In this document: piece after piece, positions 1-11,490 of the stretch
Position numbering within the stretch: position 1 is the stretch's first letter
How the letters are laid out: every line of letters starts with the position of its first letter
Assembly (NCBI GenBank): GCA_043228905.1
Contig: JBHGNT010000017.1
Location: forward strand, 15,066,001 to 15,130,000
Direction: 5' to 3'
Origin: Azolla caroliniana
Taxonomy: Eukaryota; Plantae; Polypodiophyta
DNA: 64,000 nucleotides
Notes under the pieces: model-generated
The model's input: the letters and a program-made list of their open reading frames with translations, nothing else
Database searches by the model: none
What the model was told of the DNA's origin: nothing
Translations under genes and position numbers: made by a program

Positions 1-3000
1 TAAGTAGGAAGTTTTGTTTCTCCGACAACGGAGGGTGTACGATAGTCGGCGTCGTTGGCCGAGAAAAGACAAGGGCGGAAGAGCGACTTCGGGCGTGCGG
101 AGTTCTCGGGCCCAGCGAGGAAATCAACGGAGCCGTGGAGGCGGTCTCCTTCGACGATACCTTGGGAATACTGCGAGAGGTGGTCAGAGAGGGCCCTAAA
201 GAGGACCGGACGATACCGGTTTGTTTAGAAGAGATGTACGAAGTCATCGCGGACTTCAGTTGAGAGCTCGAGTCGGATCGGACGGCCCGGGTTAACACGA
301 AGTACAAGACTGTGGACTGGAAGGTAAGGCCAGTCGCGGCACCCTTACCGGAGGGTAGCGAGTTGCGAATCAAGGGGGTCGCGTCGGACCCCAGTTTACG
401 TGATCCGGCTTGCATAGGACACACCTTCACCGACAGAACGCTACGGGAGCTCAAAATCGGTGGGGGCGGGTTCCTACTGCCAGCGGAAGAAGAGTGGTTT
501 CGGAGAATGCTCGGAAGGCACAGGAAAGCCTTCGCATTCTCACCAGGAGAGATCAGGTGCGTAGACCCGACAGTCGTGAAGCCGATGGTGATATTCACGG
601 TACCACATGTGCCGTGGAATCTCAAACCAATTCCGGTACCGAGAGCTCACATCCCGAAGCTGATGGAGTTGTTGAGGCAGAAAATCGATATGGGCATCCT
701 CGAACCGTCGAGTGCCCCGTACTCGAACCGGTGGTTTACCGTACCGAAGAAGAACGGGACGTTGCGCTTCATTCAAGACCTGCAACCGGTCAACAGAGTG
801 ACCATTCGGAACGCAGGAATCAGACCAACGATAGACGAGTTCGCGGAGGCCTTCGCCGGAAGGTCGATCTACTCGATCGGTGATCTGTACTTGGGGTACG
901 ATTAGTTCCAACTAGCCATAGAGAGCAGAGACATTACAACGATGCGGACTCCTCTCGACCTAGTGCGGATGTGTACCCTGCCACAAGGAGGGACGAACTC
1001 GGTGGCCCACATGGTGAATGCGATGAACAACGTGCTGAGGGATTGTATCCCGGACGTCACCATGCCATTCTTGGACGATATCCCGATCAAGGGATGTCCG
1101 GTGGAAGACAAGGACGAAACGATTGGACCGGACGGATGCCGGAAATTCGTGGAGACACACATTGACGACTGCGAGAGGGTGCTGCAGAGGCTAGAGGACG
1201 CGAGGCTCACCTTCTACGGGGAGAAATCGGCCTTCGGGCAATCAGAGATCATGGTCGTCGGACATCTATGCGGACCATATGGCCGGAAACCGTCTCCGGC
1301 TAAGGTGGAAGCCATCTCCGCAATGAAGCCCGACTGTAACTCGGTCAGAGAGGTACGGAGGTTCTTGGGAGCATGCGTGTTCTACCACATATGGATCCCG
1401 CATTACGCCCACGTTGCCGAGCCGCTATACGGGTTGCTGAAAAGGGGGCGAAAATTCGAGTGGCGAGACGAGCATGCGGAGTCGGTCCGGAAGATGAAGG
1501 AAGCTCTTGCTGCAACTCCGGCACTCCGGAAGGCTGTCTACGAGAAAGGCACTCCCATCTACATAACGGTAGATACAAGTCCGACCGGAATCGGATGGGT
1601 CGTCAACCAAGAAGATGAGGACGGCATTCGGTTCCCAATCCGGTTCAGCGCGAAGGTCCTCAGCGAGCGACAGCGAGGATACGCCCAGGTTAAACGCGAA
1701 CTCTGGGGTATCGTTTCGGCGGTGAAGGCCGATAAAGACCATCTGATCAGGACAGAGGTGATTATCGAGACGGACTACCTGCCGATTCTCGGCATGGTTT
1801 CCAGATGCGCAACCCCGGACTTGGCAATGCTCAGGTGGATAGCGTAGATCAAGTCCCTGGATCCGGAAATACGACACATTTCCGGGAAAGACAATGCCAT
1901 GGCCGACATGCTTTGGAGGGCGCGATTCGACGACAAGGGAGGCATGGTTTCGGAGGACGAGGAAGTCGGCGTAGACTTCTTCGAGGCGGCCTACGTAACA
2001 ACCGAGGGAGGGAGCACTCCGGCGCTTAACGATTTCGACGAGAGCAAATACAACGGGGAGTGGCTGCAGATTGGGGGATTCTTAAGGACGATGACGCCGG
2101 ACGCGTCATGGGCAAAGGATGAGGCCAACCGGATCCGTAAGAGAGCGTACCGATTCTTTCTCCGAGACGGATACTTGTGGAAGCACCCGAAGAAGAGAAA
2201 CGGCATCCCGCTCCGGGTAGTGGCGATGGAGGAGGAATAGGAGGAGTTGCTGAAGGCCTACCACGACAGCCCCTGGGCTGGACACCGTGGGACGTGGGCC
2301 ACGTTCGAGAAACTAAAGGGGAAGTACTGATGGCCGGGACTGTACCGGGACGTGCATCGGTTCGTGACAACTTGTGAGAGCTGTCAGATACACTCCATAG
2401 TCCGACATCGGGACGAGCTTCACCCTACATACCCTCCGGCCATCCACTTCAAATGGATGGTAGATTTGGTAACGATGCCGATGGGCGTAGGGCAGATGCG
2501 ATATCTGGTGCTGGCTCGGGAGAACCTAACGAACCAGGTGGAATGTTACGGGCATGACCATATAATATCCCGTGGTAAGAATTTACCGTAGTATTCTATA
2601 CACGTGGATAAGTGTGAGGGTTAAACGAGAGTGTAAAGAAGGGGAGGATTACTTTTAATCCTCGGGATTGAGACAACCCATTAGGTCAAGTGTGAACTTG
2701 CCTGGGGGCCTTGGGTATCGCTATAAATAAGAGGCCTAGCTACCCTCATTTGATCATCTCTTGACTACATCGAGACTCTGCTCGTGTGGTGGGTCAACTC
2801 TTGTAGCGAGCGCGCCAGCACCAGGTACGACTCGACGCCACGGCGGTGGTATGGGATGCCGATCGAGGCTCGACTCCGTCTCGATCCCTTCGCTCGGGGG
2901 TGGTCGGGTGGATCGGCACCCTTCTTTCTCTTTCTCCTTTCTATCTTTCATTTCTTTATCCTTATCTTAAGCTTACTTTAGTACCTAGATCTATAATATT

Positions 3001-3246
3001 TGGTATCAGATTTTTGTACTAATGTTTCTTTGTTTTTCATTTGTCTTTTGATTGATGCTGATCGATCGTTGTGCGGTTGGCCTTGATCCAGACAACGATC
3101 AACAAAGAACTTCGGTAACTCTTTCCATATTTTGTTTTCTATTCTCTTTTCTCCCATCTAATCATGTGTTTAGTTTATATGTCATTTTTTTCATTAAGTC
3201 AATGATGTTGTAGTGGTCTTTAATTGATTATCTAAAACGTTTACAT

Positions 3247-3510
3247 ATGTGCACGAGGTCAATACCTCGTTTGACATATTAATAATATGTGATGAGTGTC
3301 GTATGCGTACGAGGTTAATACCTCAATTACGTATTACGTTCACGAACATATGTTACGTTTGCGTATGAGTTTAATACCTTGATTTGTTGTAAACGATATG
3401 CGTTTGGTCTCGTATGCGTAAGAGGTCAATACCTCCATTGCGTATTACGATGATCTCTTATTTGTGAATGTTTCGTGTGCGTAGAGGTATATACCTCGAT
3501 TACGTATCTC
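3247..3510. repeat. Array of five palindromic repeat units (core GAGGT-N4-ACCTC) with dissimilar spacers
   Basis: Cores start at 3255, 3311, 3367 (degenerate), 3422 and 3484, giving spacings of 56, 56, 55 and 62 bp. Flanks resemble cgtatgcgta…ttacgtattacg. Confidence 0.85.
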
Positions 3511-4685
3511 GATCACATCATTTGTGGCTATTTACTATAACGATATGTTTAATATAGGCATATGTGGTCACATATATACGTATTTGATCGTATATATGTG
3601 ATAAGTAAACATATGTGTATATTCGTTATTACGTGATTATATCGAAAGTTGTCATGGTCGGGAAAAGGATGTTGGTGGCCGTCCTCACATTTTTGTGAGA
3701 ATGGCGTTGTCACCATCCCTTTTTCAACATTTTTTTTGTTGATAACCCCGTTGACGACCTCGATTTCGTTACGTAAAGAAACGCCAATAGCCAAAATGAT
3801 GTTGAGTACGTAGGGCTTGACCCACTTCAAGTGAGGTCACTCCAATGACGCACGTATCCAACATCCCTCCCTCGTTACATGGATACGATGCCACCATGAG
3901 CTCGTTCTTACGAGAGGCATTCGTAATGACGTGACCATGTGATGGCCCACGTGAGCCTACTACGAAACAAGGGCTCATTTGGCTTGACCATTAGGTTGCA
4001 CTTTGGCGTATGCCATCGTAATTACGAGACTTGAGGTTAGGTAACGTACCAACATAGTTTTCGTAAATGAGGGCGAAATAAGGACCCTTGACATATATGT
4101 TCTTTTAAAAAAACATATATGATCAATTGCCTCGCATATCTCTTATACGCATCAAACATTAAGCATTCGAGAAGAGCAACTTACTTGGTTGGCTCAAGTG
4201 TTTAATGTATTTGTTCTCGAGGTCTCGAGTTCAAATATGACCAAGACCATACAACATCCTTGATACATATGACTATAACACATGTTTAGACTTAAGGTCT
4301 AAGTGCACCTCGGGGTCCTCGTAATAGGACTTAAAGAGCCAAAACCACTTATGTGGGCACCGAAACATAGTTTATTGTTAACATTTTTTTTTCGTGTATA
4401 AACTATTCATGACGCGAACATACATGGTTGAGCCTCGGGGAGCCACCATGAAAAAATCGATATAGAGATCAGGGAAAGACATTTATTTGTCACCCCCATG
4501 GTTTTTAAAACACCTTTGTGTTACCATGGTAACCTGATCTTGAACCTCATCTCATACGTCTAGAGGGGTATTGACGTGAGATAATGATATCGATTAATGC
4601 TCTCCCATGATATGTTTACATCACGACAAGATGTTATGACTATATCTCTGACCTTATCCTATTTCTTTTCCAGAAATAATCTTTA

Positions 4686-7600
4686 ATGGCTCAAATTAAC
4701 GACCCGATGTCATCCGCTCAAGCGGAAGGAACTCAAGGGAATCCTCCTGGACAAATGTCCACTGAGATGTATTTGGCACAAATAACCCAATACCTTAGTT
4801 TCACCGCTCAACAGATGACCGAACTTCGGCAATCTCAGAGTGCTCTTGAGGCACGTGTCATTAGTCTACAACGTGAGACTAATAGACCTGATGAGCGACA
4901 AGGTGAACCATCATTTGTCGTTAAGCCATTTACGAGAGACAAAAAGGAAAGAACCGAAGAAGCAATCTGCACATGGCTGGGACGATGGGAGTCTCATTTT
5001 GAGCTCTATCCCACACCAGATAGTACGAAGATTGCATATGTCGGCCGAGAACTCGGCGGTAAGGCCGCCGCCTGGTGGCGTGGGCTCCGTACTATGGGGA
5101 AATTGCCCGATACCTGGACAGATTTTGTCACGGTCTTTAAGGGCCAATTTCTGCAACCTCCCTCTCGAACCGAGGCAGCACAAGCTTTAATGAACCTCTC
5201 TAGCAGGAAATTTTCCTCGCTAGAAGACTATGTTCACCATGCTAGAACCCAAATCCAAAAATCGGGTCTAGAAGGGGACAATTGGTTGATAGCTTGTTTT
5301 GTCAATGGCATCCCCAATTCGGACTATCACTGGATAGTGCACGATAAGGATCCAAAATCCTTCGAAGAGGCCATTGAAATAGTTCTTCGCTATCAACGCA
5401 CTTCGAAGAAGGACCATAACAAACCCAACGAAGCGCCCGGGACTAAGCAGTCGCAATTTGTTGGGAAACGCAAGACACCCAACGAATTCCTGGATCGCGA
5501 TTGTAAGCGACAACATCCTTTTTGTGTATTCTGCAAAAAGAAGGGTCACACAAAAGATCAATGTTGAAAGCTCCACCGGAAAGAGCACGACAACAAAGCT
5601 AAAGCTGCAGACCATAAAGGTCAGATTCCTAATGTCCTTCAGGTCTATACACATCATTTAAGTAATTGTCAATGTTCTTTCCCTCACTATGTATTGGGTC
5701 CCAATGATTTACTACGAGCAAACGGGTATATCAATGGATCTCCCGTACAATTTTTATTTGATTCGGGAAGCTCACACAATTTTGTGAATGATCGTTTGGT
5801 TCAGATATGGGGAATCCAACCCACTGTAAGTGATCACACCTACACGGTGCACTTGGCTGATGGAAGAGTACAATACATCAACGGGGCGATTCATTCATTA
5901 GGAATTTCTATTGATACTTATATAGAGGAAGTAGACTTCCATGTAGTGAATCTTTGTACCACCGATGTAATACTGGGTTATCCCTGGTTTTATAATAAAA
6001 ACTCTTCTTTATTTATTGATTGGGTTCGTCATTCCATTTCTTTTGTACTGAACGATTGTACGAATTTTATTCAGTGTGTAAAAAAACAATCCCTCTCGAT
6101 TGTTTCCTCGTGTCCATCAATATCCAAGTTGTCTTGTTCTACGTTATTTTATTGTATACTTGATCCGGACATTCACGTTTACAATATCGATAATGTCCCG
6201 ATTCAATTAACATATTTTGAACAACAATAACTTGATGAAATCTTAAATGATTTTCATGATGTTTTTCCAAGTGAACTACCTGATGGGTTACCTCCTAAAC
6301 GTAATATAGACCATCGTATAGATATTGTACCTGGTGTTGCACCAATAAGTATACCTCCGTATCGCTTAAGTCGATCCGAAGAAGATGAGGTATCTAAGCA
6401 ACTCAAGGACTATTTACGAATGGGTTATATACGTTATAGTAAATCTCCATGGGGTGCACCAGTTCTCTTGGTTAAAAAGAAAGAGGGCACATGGCGTATG
6501 TGTATTAATTACCGACGCTTGAATAAAGTGACGATCAAGAATTCGTATCCATTGCCCCGGGCTGACGATCTAATTGACCGTCTCCAGGGAGCTCGGTATT
6601 TTACGAAACTTGATCTCCGTACTGGCTACCATCAAATACGAATAAGTGAGGACGATGTTCCTAAAACGGCATTTCGTACGCGCTATGGCCATTACGAGTT
6701 TTTGGTTATGCCTTTTGGTTTGACCAATGCTCCGACTACTTTTCAACAAGAAATTAATGACATTTTCCGAGAACAACTTGGAAAATTTGTCGTTATTTTC
6801 TTGGATGATATTTTAGTTTATAGCCGTACATTACAAGAACATGCTAGACATGTCCGCTTTGTTTTACAAACATTGCGTGACAAACAGTTTTATGCGAAGA
6901 TCTCAAAATGTGAGTTCTTCAAGAAATCAATTACTTATCTAGGACATCTCATAACCGAACGAGGAGTTGAAATTGATCCTTCTCGCATTGAGAAAATCAA
7001 GCTTTGGCCCACTCTTCGGAATATTCGAGAAGTTCGATCATTCCTTGGTTTTGTGGGGTTTTTGCGAAAGTCTCTTCGTAATTACTCCCAATTGACGACG
7101 CCATTTACTGATCTTTTAAAAGGTCAAACGCGTAAGTCTACAAAACCTATTGTGTGGAATGCTACACTAGACCTTGCCTTTAAGGAACTCAAGGACCTGG
7201 TTTGCAAGGCTCCTTCACTTCTTTTACCTGATCCTTCAAAACCTTTTGAGGTTGAAATCGATGCAAGCGATTATGCTATAGGTGTTGTCTTGTATCAAGA
7301 TGGTAAACCAATAGCATTCGAGAGTAAGAAACTTGATTCTGCTCAATGTCGGTATACCGTTCAAGAAAAGGAATTATTTGCAGTTATACATGCGCTCAAA
7401 ACATGGCGCCATTATCTTTATGGAAATCACTTTGTGGTAACTACGGACCACGAGTCCTTGAAATATTTTTGTGACCAACAAGACCTGAAAGGTCATAAGG
7501 CACGATGGGCTGATCTCATCCAGGACTTTGATTTTTCCATACGATATCGTAAAGGTTCCATGAACACTGTCGCTGATGCACTAAGTCGCATCCGTGAAGT

Positions 7601-9119
7601 TAACATGCTTAGCTTCACTAAAATATCATCAGATCTTTATGATCACCTTCGAGGAAAGTATCCTGATGACAGTTATTTCGCAAAATACTGGGCAAGAGTT
7701 GAGTCTGGAACAGACACCACCACATCCTCGAAGGAATACTTCCACATTGCTAACGGTTTGCTCTACCGTAATGGGAAGGTTTGTGTTCCAGATTTACCCG
7801 AGGTCAAAAAGAGGATTCTTTTTGAATGCCATGATGCACCCTCAGCAGGGCACCCTCGAATACATCGTACACTCGTTCTCATCTCCACTCAATTTTATTA
7901 GCCTAAGATGCGTCCTGACATACATAGCTATGTGACTAAATGTCACCAGTGTCAGGTTAACAAAGCCGAGCGACTTAAAGCTGCAGGACTTTTACATCCC
8001 TTGGACATTCCCAATAATAAGTGGGAAAGTATATCCATGGATTTTATTGTTAGCCTTCCTCGCACCCAAAAAGGTCATGATGCCATCTGGGTTGTCGTTG
8101 ATCGACTAACTAAAATGGCCAGATTTATTGCTACTAAAACCACGGTAACAACTCCTGAATTGGCTTACCAATTCGTTGACGAATTGTTTCGTTTTTATGG
8201 GTTACCGATGGATATCGTGAGTGATCGAGATCCAAAGTTTACTAGTGACTTCTGGACACAAGTCTTTAAGAAGTTAGAAACTACGTTGAGCATGAGCTCC
8301 ACGGATCATCCTCAATCCGATGGACAGACAGAACGAGTAAATCAAATTATTGAGGACATGCTTCGAGCATACGTTGGTGCAAAACCAACAAAATGGGAAC
8401 GTTATCTCCCAATTTTGGAGTTTGCTTATAACAGCTCCAAGCATACGTCGACGGGATATAGTCCTTTTATGTTGATGTATGGTTTTCAGCCACGAGCCCC
8501 GATTGATGTTAATATACATCATGATGAGTTGCGAAGTACGCAAAAATTTCTTCGGGATATGCAAGATATGTTGCATATTGCACGAGATAATATAAAAACA
8601 GCTCAAGATAGAGCGCGTTTTTATGCCGATCATCATAGGCAACCTCGTGTATTCAACCCTGGACAGAAGGTATTTTTACGTGTACCTCACAATTCTAAGA
8701 CATTGTCTACGGGTAAGTGCGCTAAGTTAGCCCCATGGTTTTGTGGACCTTTTACAGTCCTCAAACGAATTGGGTCATCAGCCTATCGTCTCGCTCTTCC
8801 CGATGGTGTCGGAATTCATCCAGTCTTTCATGTGAGTCGTCTAAAAGAACTTCTAGGTTCTGGCGACGATACAGTTATGACTGAAACTCTGGTTACTTCT
8901 GAAGAATTATATTCTAAACCACATGTACCAGAAAGAATTCTCGATGTTAAAACAAAAAAATTACGTACTAAAGAAATCCGAGAATTTAAAATAAAATGGA
9001 TGGATAAATCAATAAAAGATGCCGCATGGGAACGCGAAAATACTCTTAGAACTAACTTCCCTAACTTTCCATTGCAAGAGTGCAATGTTTTAAAGAGGGG
9101 GAGTATGTTACGGGCATGA
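4686..9119 (+). pseudogene. Single-frame gag-pol of chromovirus B (Gag with CCHC, protease, RT, RH, INT, chromodomain) with three nonsense codons
   Basis: ORFs starting at 4686, 5694, 6420 and 7908 are all in one frame, with stops at 5565 (TGA), 6228 (TAA) and 7899 (TAG). Motifs: [50 protein letters not shown] and the chromodomain PERILD…EFKIKW…AAWERE. Confidence 0.95.
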
Positions 9120-10496
9120 CCATATAATATCCCGTGGTAAGAATTTACCGTAGTATTCTATACACGTGGATAAGTGTGAGGGTTAAACGAGAGTGTAAAG
9201 AAGGGGAGGATTACTTTTAATCCTCGGGATTGAGACAACCCATTAGGTCAAGTGTGAACTTGCCTGGGGGCCTTGGGTATCGCTATAAATAAGAGGCCTA
9301 GCTACCCTCATTTGATCATCTCTTGACTACATCGAGACTCTGCTCGTGTGGTGGGTCAACTCTTGTAGCGAGTGCGCCAGCACCAGGTACGACTCGACGC
9401 CACGACGGTGGTATGCGACGCCGATCGAGGCTCGACTCCGTCTCGATCCCTTCGCTCGGGGGTGGTCGGGTGGATCGGCACCCTTCTTTCTCTTTCTCCT
9501 TTCTATCTTTCATTTCTTTATCCTTATCTTAAGCTTACTTTAGTACCTAGATCTATAATATGGAAGGCCGAGCCCTGCAGAACAAAACGACCGCGGTCGT
9601 GTGTCGGTTCCTGATCGAGGACGTGATATGCCGGTACAGGTGCGTCGGGAAGATCGTGGCTGACCGCGGGGAGTTGGACGCCGAAGAGGCTGAGGAGTTG
9701 TTCGACCGGTTAGGGGTCAAGCTCTCGCTCACCACAACGTACAATTCGGAGGCGAACGGGAAGGTGGAGCGCGGACACGGACCGATCGTCAAAGCGCTAG
9801 TCCGGGCATGCGAAGACCAGGTCGGGAACTGGCCACGGCTGTTACCTTATGCCTTGTGGGCGGACCGGACAACGCATAGTTCGGTAACCGGGTTCATTGC
9901 GTTAGAGCTCATGTTCGGACAGAAGCCGATCATGCCGATGGAACAGACGATCTCCTCTTGGGCGACAGTAGACTGGAGAGACGAGATGAGTCGGGAAGAA
10001 CTGCTAGCGGTGCGTATACGGCAGCTCAAGCGGAGGCCAGAGGACGTGGAACGAGCGGCGGAGAGACTTCGGACGGCGAGGATGAATAACAAAGCCCAGT
10101 TCGACCGAACGCACCGGCTCCGACCAAAGAAAATCGAGGAAGGCGACTGGGTGCTAGTCTACAACAGCAGCCCCGACAACCAGCACCGAGCAACACGGAA
10201 GTTTGCAAAGCGGTGGTTCGGACCTTACGTGGTAACGAGCGCTAACGACAACGGGACGTATCACCTAGCGGAACTCGACGGTACGAGGATGGCGATACCG
10301 GTAGCAGGGAAGCGGATAAAATCGTTCAAGAAGCGCCACGATGGCGAACCGGATCTAAGAGGCCTGGACAACGATGACTAACAATCCGAAACGGAGGACG
10401 AACCGATGGACGAAGAACCGGAACGCGGACCGGTTTTCTCCAACCAGAGCGCAATTTTGGCGCATACCAGTGGATGCGCGGTTAGGTGGGGGCGGA

Positions 10497-11151
10497 TGTC
10501 GTGAAGAAAACCGTCCCTTAGCGCAATCGGTGCATAGAGCGTGTGAATCGGCTCTTCACGCGTGCGCGCCCTTTAATGTATATAATAGGGAAATAGGTAC
10601 ATAGATATATCCTGGGTAGTTAGATTCAGTAGGTAGGAAGTAAATGAGGGAGATGGCTCCCTTCTGCAAGCCATAAAAGAGAGGGAGACGCGGGGAGAAG
10701 GGGGATCGCGCATTGAGGAGGACGAAGTGCTGTCGGACCGTAACCGAACGCTTCTCCTCTGTTTGTTCTCTATTGCTCTTCTCTGCAGGTTTTCGGGAGG
10801 CTCGCCCTGCTTCGAGGAACGCCCTTGTGCTTCCAGCAGCACCTCCATCCTATCCCCTTTCGTGCGCAGACGAACAGGCATCGACATCTGTTCGCTGGCC
10901 TGTTCGGTTGTAATCGCTCGCGTGCTTTGTTGTTTTTTTTGGTGTCATTTGATAATATACAAACATTTGTGTCTCTCTGTCTCTGTGTCCATTCGTGTTT
11001 TCCGCGTTGAAGGGCCGTGTCCCTGTGTTTCTTTGCTCATACGTAACCGGTCGTCTCTCTCTTTCTCTTTCCCCTCCTATCACCTGCTCTTCGGTTCAAG
11101 ACCCTGGTGGTTCCGCCTCGTTTCTCCACACACGCGCGTAGTAACGCGACA
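10497..11151 (+). repeat. 3' LTR of element A
   Basis: Begins TGTCG directly after the PPT and ends CGACA (inverted termini). The partner LTR is outside the window, so identity and TSD cannot be checked. Confidence 0.75.
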
Positions 11152-11429
11152 ACGTAACGCTAGTTCCCCATGTTGTTGTTGCGTCTACTGCTTTTCTAAG
11201 GAGATTTGTTGAAGATCCCCCAACAACCGTTGATTTTCTTGTTCCAAAGCAAGGAACTTCTCTTTCAAGCATTGCAGCTCCGAGAAAACGGATTGATATT
11301 CTTGAGCGCTAACAGCGGCCATAGGATGAGAGGAAAGAGGAATAAGATATTAGTATTAAATCTGGAATATACATCAATTTTCTATAGTAAAACTTAAATG
11401 AAAATAATATCCTTCATATTACAGCATAT

Positions 11430-11490
11430 CGTCTAATGGTCAAGAGCTCGACCCATGTAACATAAGGTCATGGGTTCGAGTCTTGCCATA
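11430..11490 (+). other. tRNA-like / SINE-head remnant forming an imperfect hairpin
   Basis: A-box-like gtctaatggtcaag and B-box-like ggttcgagtc. The arm caagagctcgacccatg pairs with catgggttcgagtcttg. Confidence 0.35.

Larger units (their letters stand above)
2544..9560 (+). mobile_element. Full-length Ty3/Gypsy chromovirus B nested in element A
   Basis: 455-bp LTRs at 2544-2998 and 9106-9560 (about 4 differences seen). TSD TGGAA at 2539-2543 and 9561-9565. PBS TGGTATCAGA (tRNA-iMet) at 3001-3010. PPT aaagagggggag at 9092-9103. Confidence 0.97.
291..10381 (+). pseudogene. pol of element A (RT-RH-INT), with in-frame stops and split by the 2544-9560 insertion
   Basis: ORFs 312-905, 942-1847, 1899-2240 and 2352-2543 share one frame, separated by single stops. 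ORF 9560-10381 carries the integrase core (ADRGE…NGKVERGH) and the C-terminal WFGPY motif. Confidence 0.9.
1..11151 (+). mobile_element. Ty3/Gypsy LTR retrotransposon A (GC-rich; 5' part outside the window), interrupted in its integrase by element B
   Basis: RT (…PKKNGTLRFIQDLQPVN…MPFLDDIPIKG), RNase H (ITVDTSPTGIGWV) and integrase with zinc finger (H..H..CESC) and core. The integrase reads LTNQVE at 2526-2543 and resumes GRALQNK after 9565. PPT-like aggtgggggcgga at 10484-10496 precedes the 3' LTR. Confidence 0.93.

Noticed and set aside
2754-2981. Small ORFs repeated at 9316-9614, and likewise 17584-18333 / 22328-22951 and 41648-41923 / 46466-46654
   Set aside because: They are duplicated only because they lie inside LTRs, and they show no protein-like features.
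3247-3510. CRISPR array
   Set aside because: It has a repeat-spacer look, but the repeats are degenerate, the context is a eukaryotic LTR element and no cas genes are present. Kept as a hairpin array instead.
5565-5567. Programmed gag/pol readthrough stop in element B
   Set aside because: The TGA sits where a Trp (TGG) is expected after the CCHC knuckle, and the other two stops are also single transitions. Mutational decay is the simpler explanation.
10573-11212. Hydrophobic 161-aa ORF as a possible env-like gene
   Set aside because: It lies within the 3' LTR of element A and reflects CT/T-rich composition.
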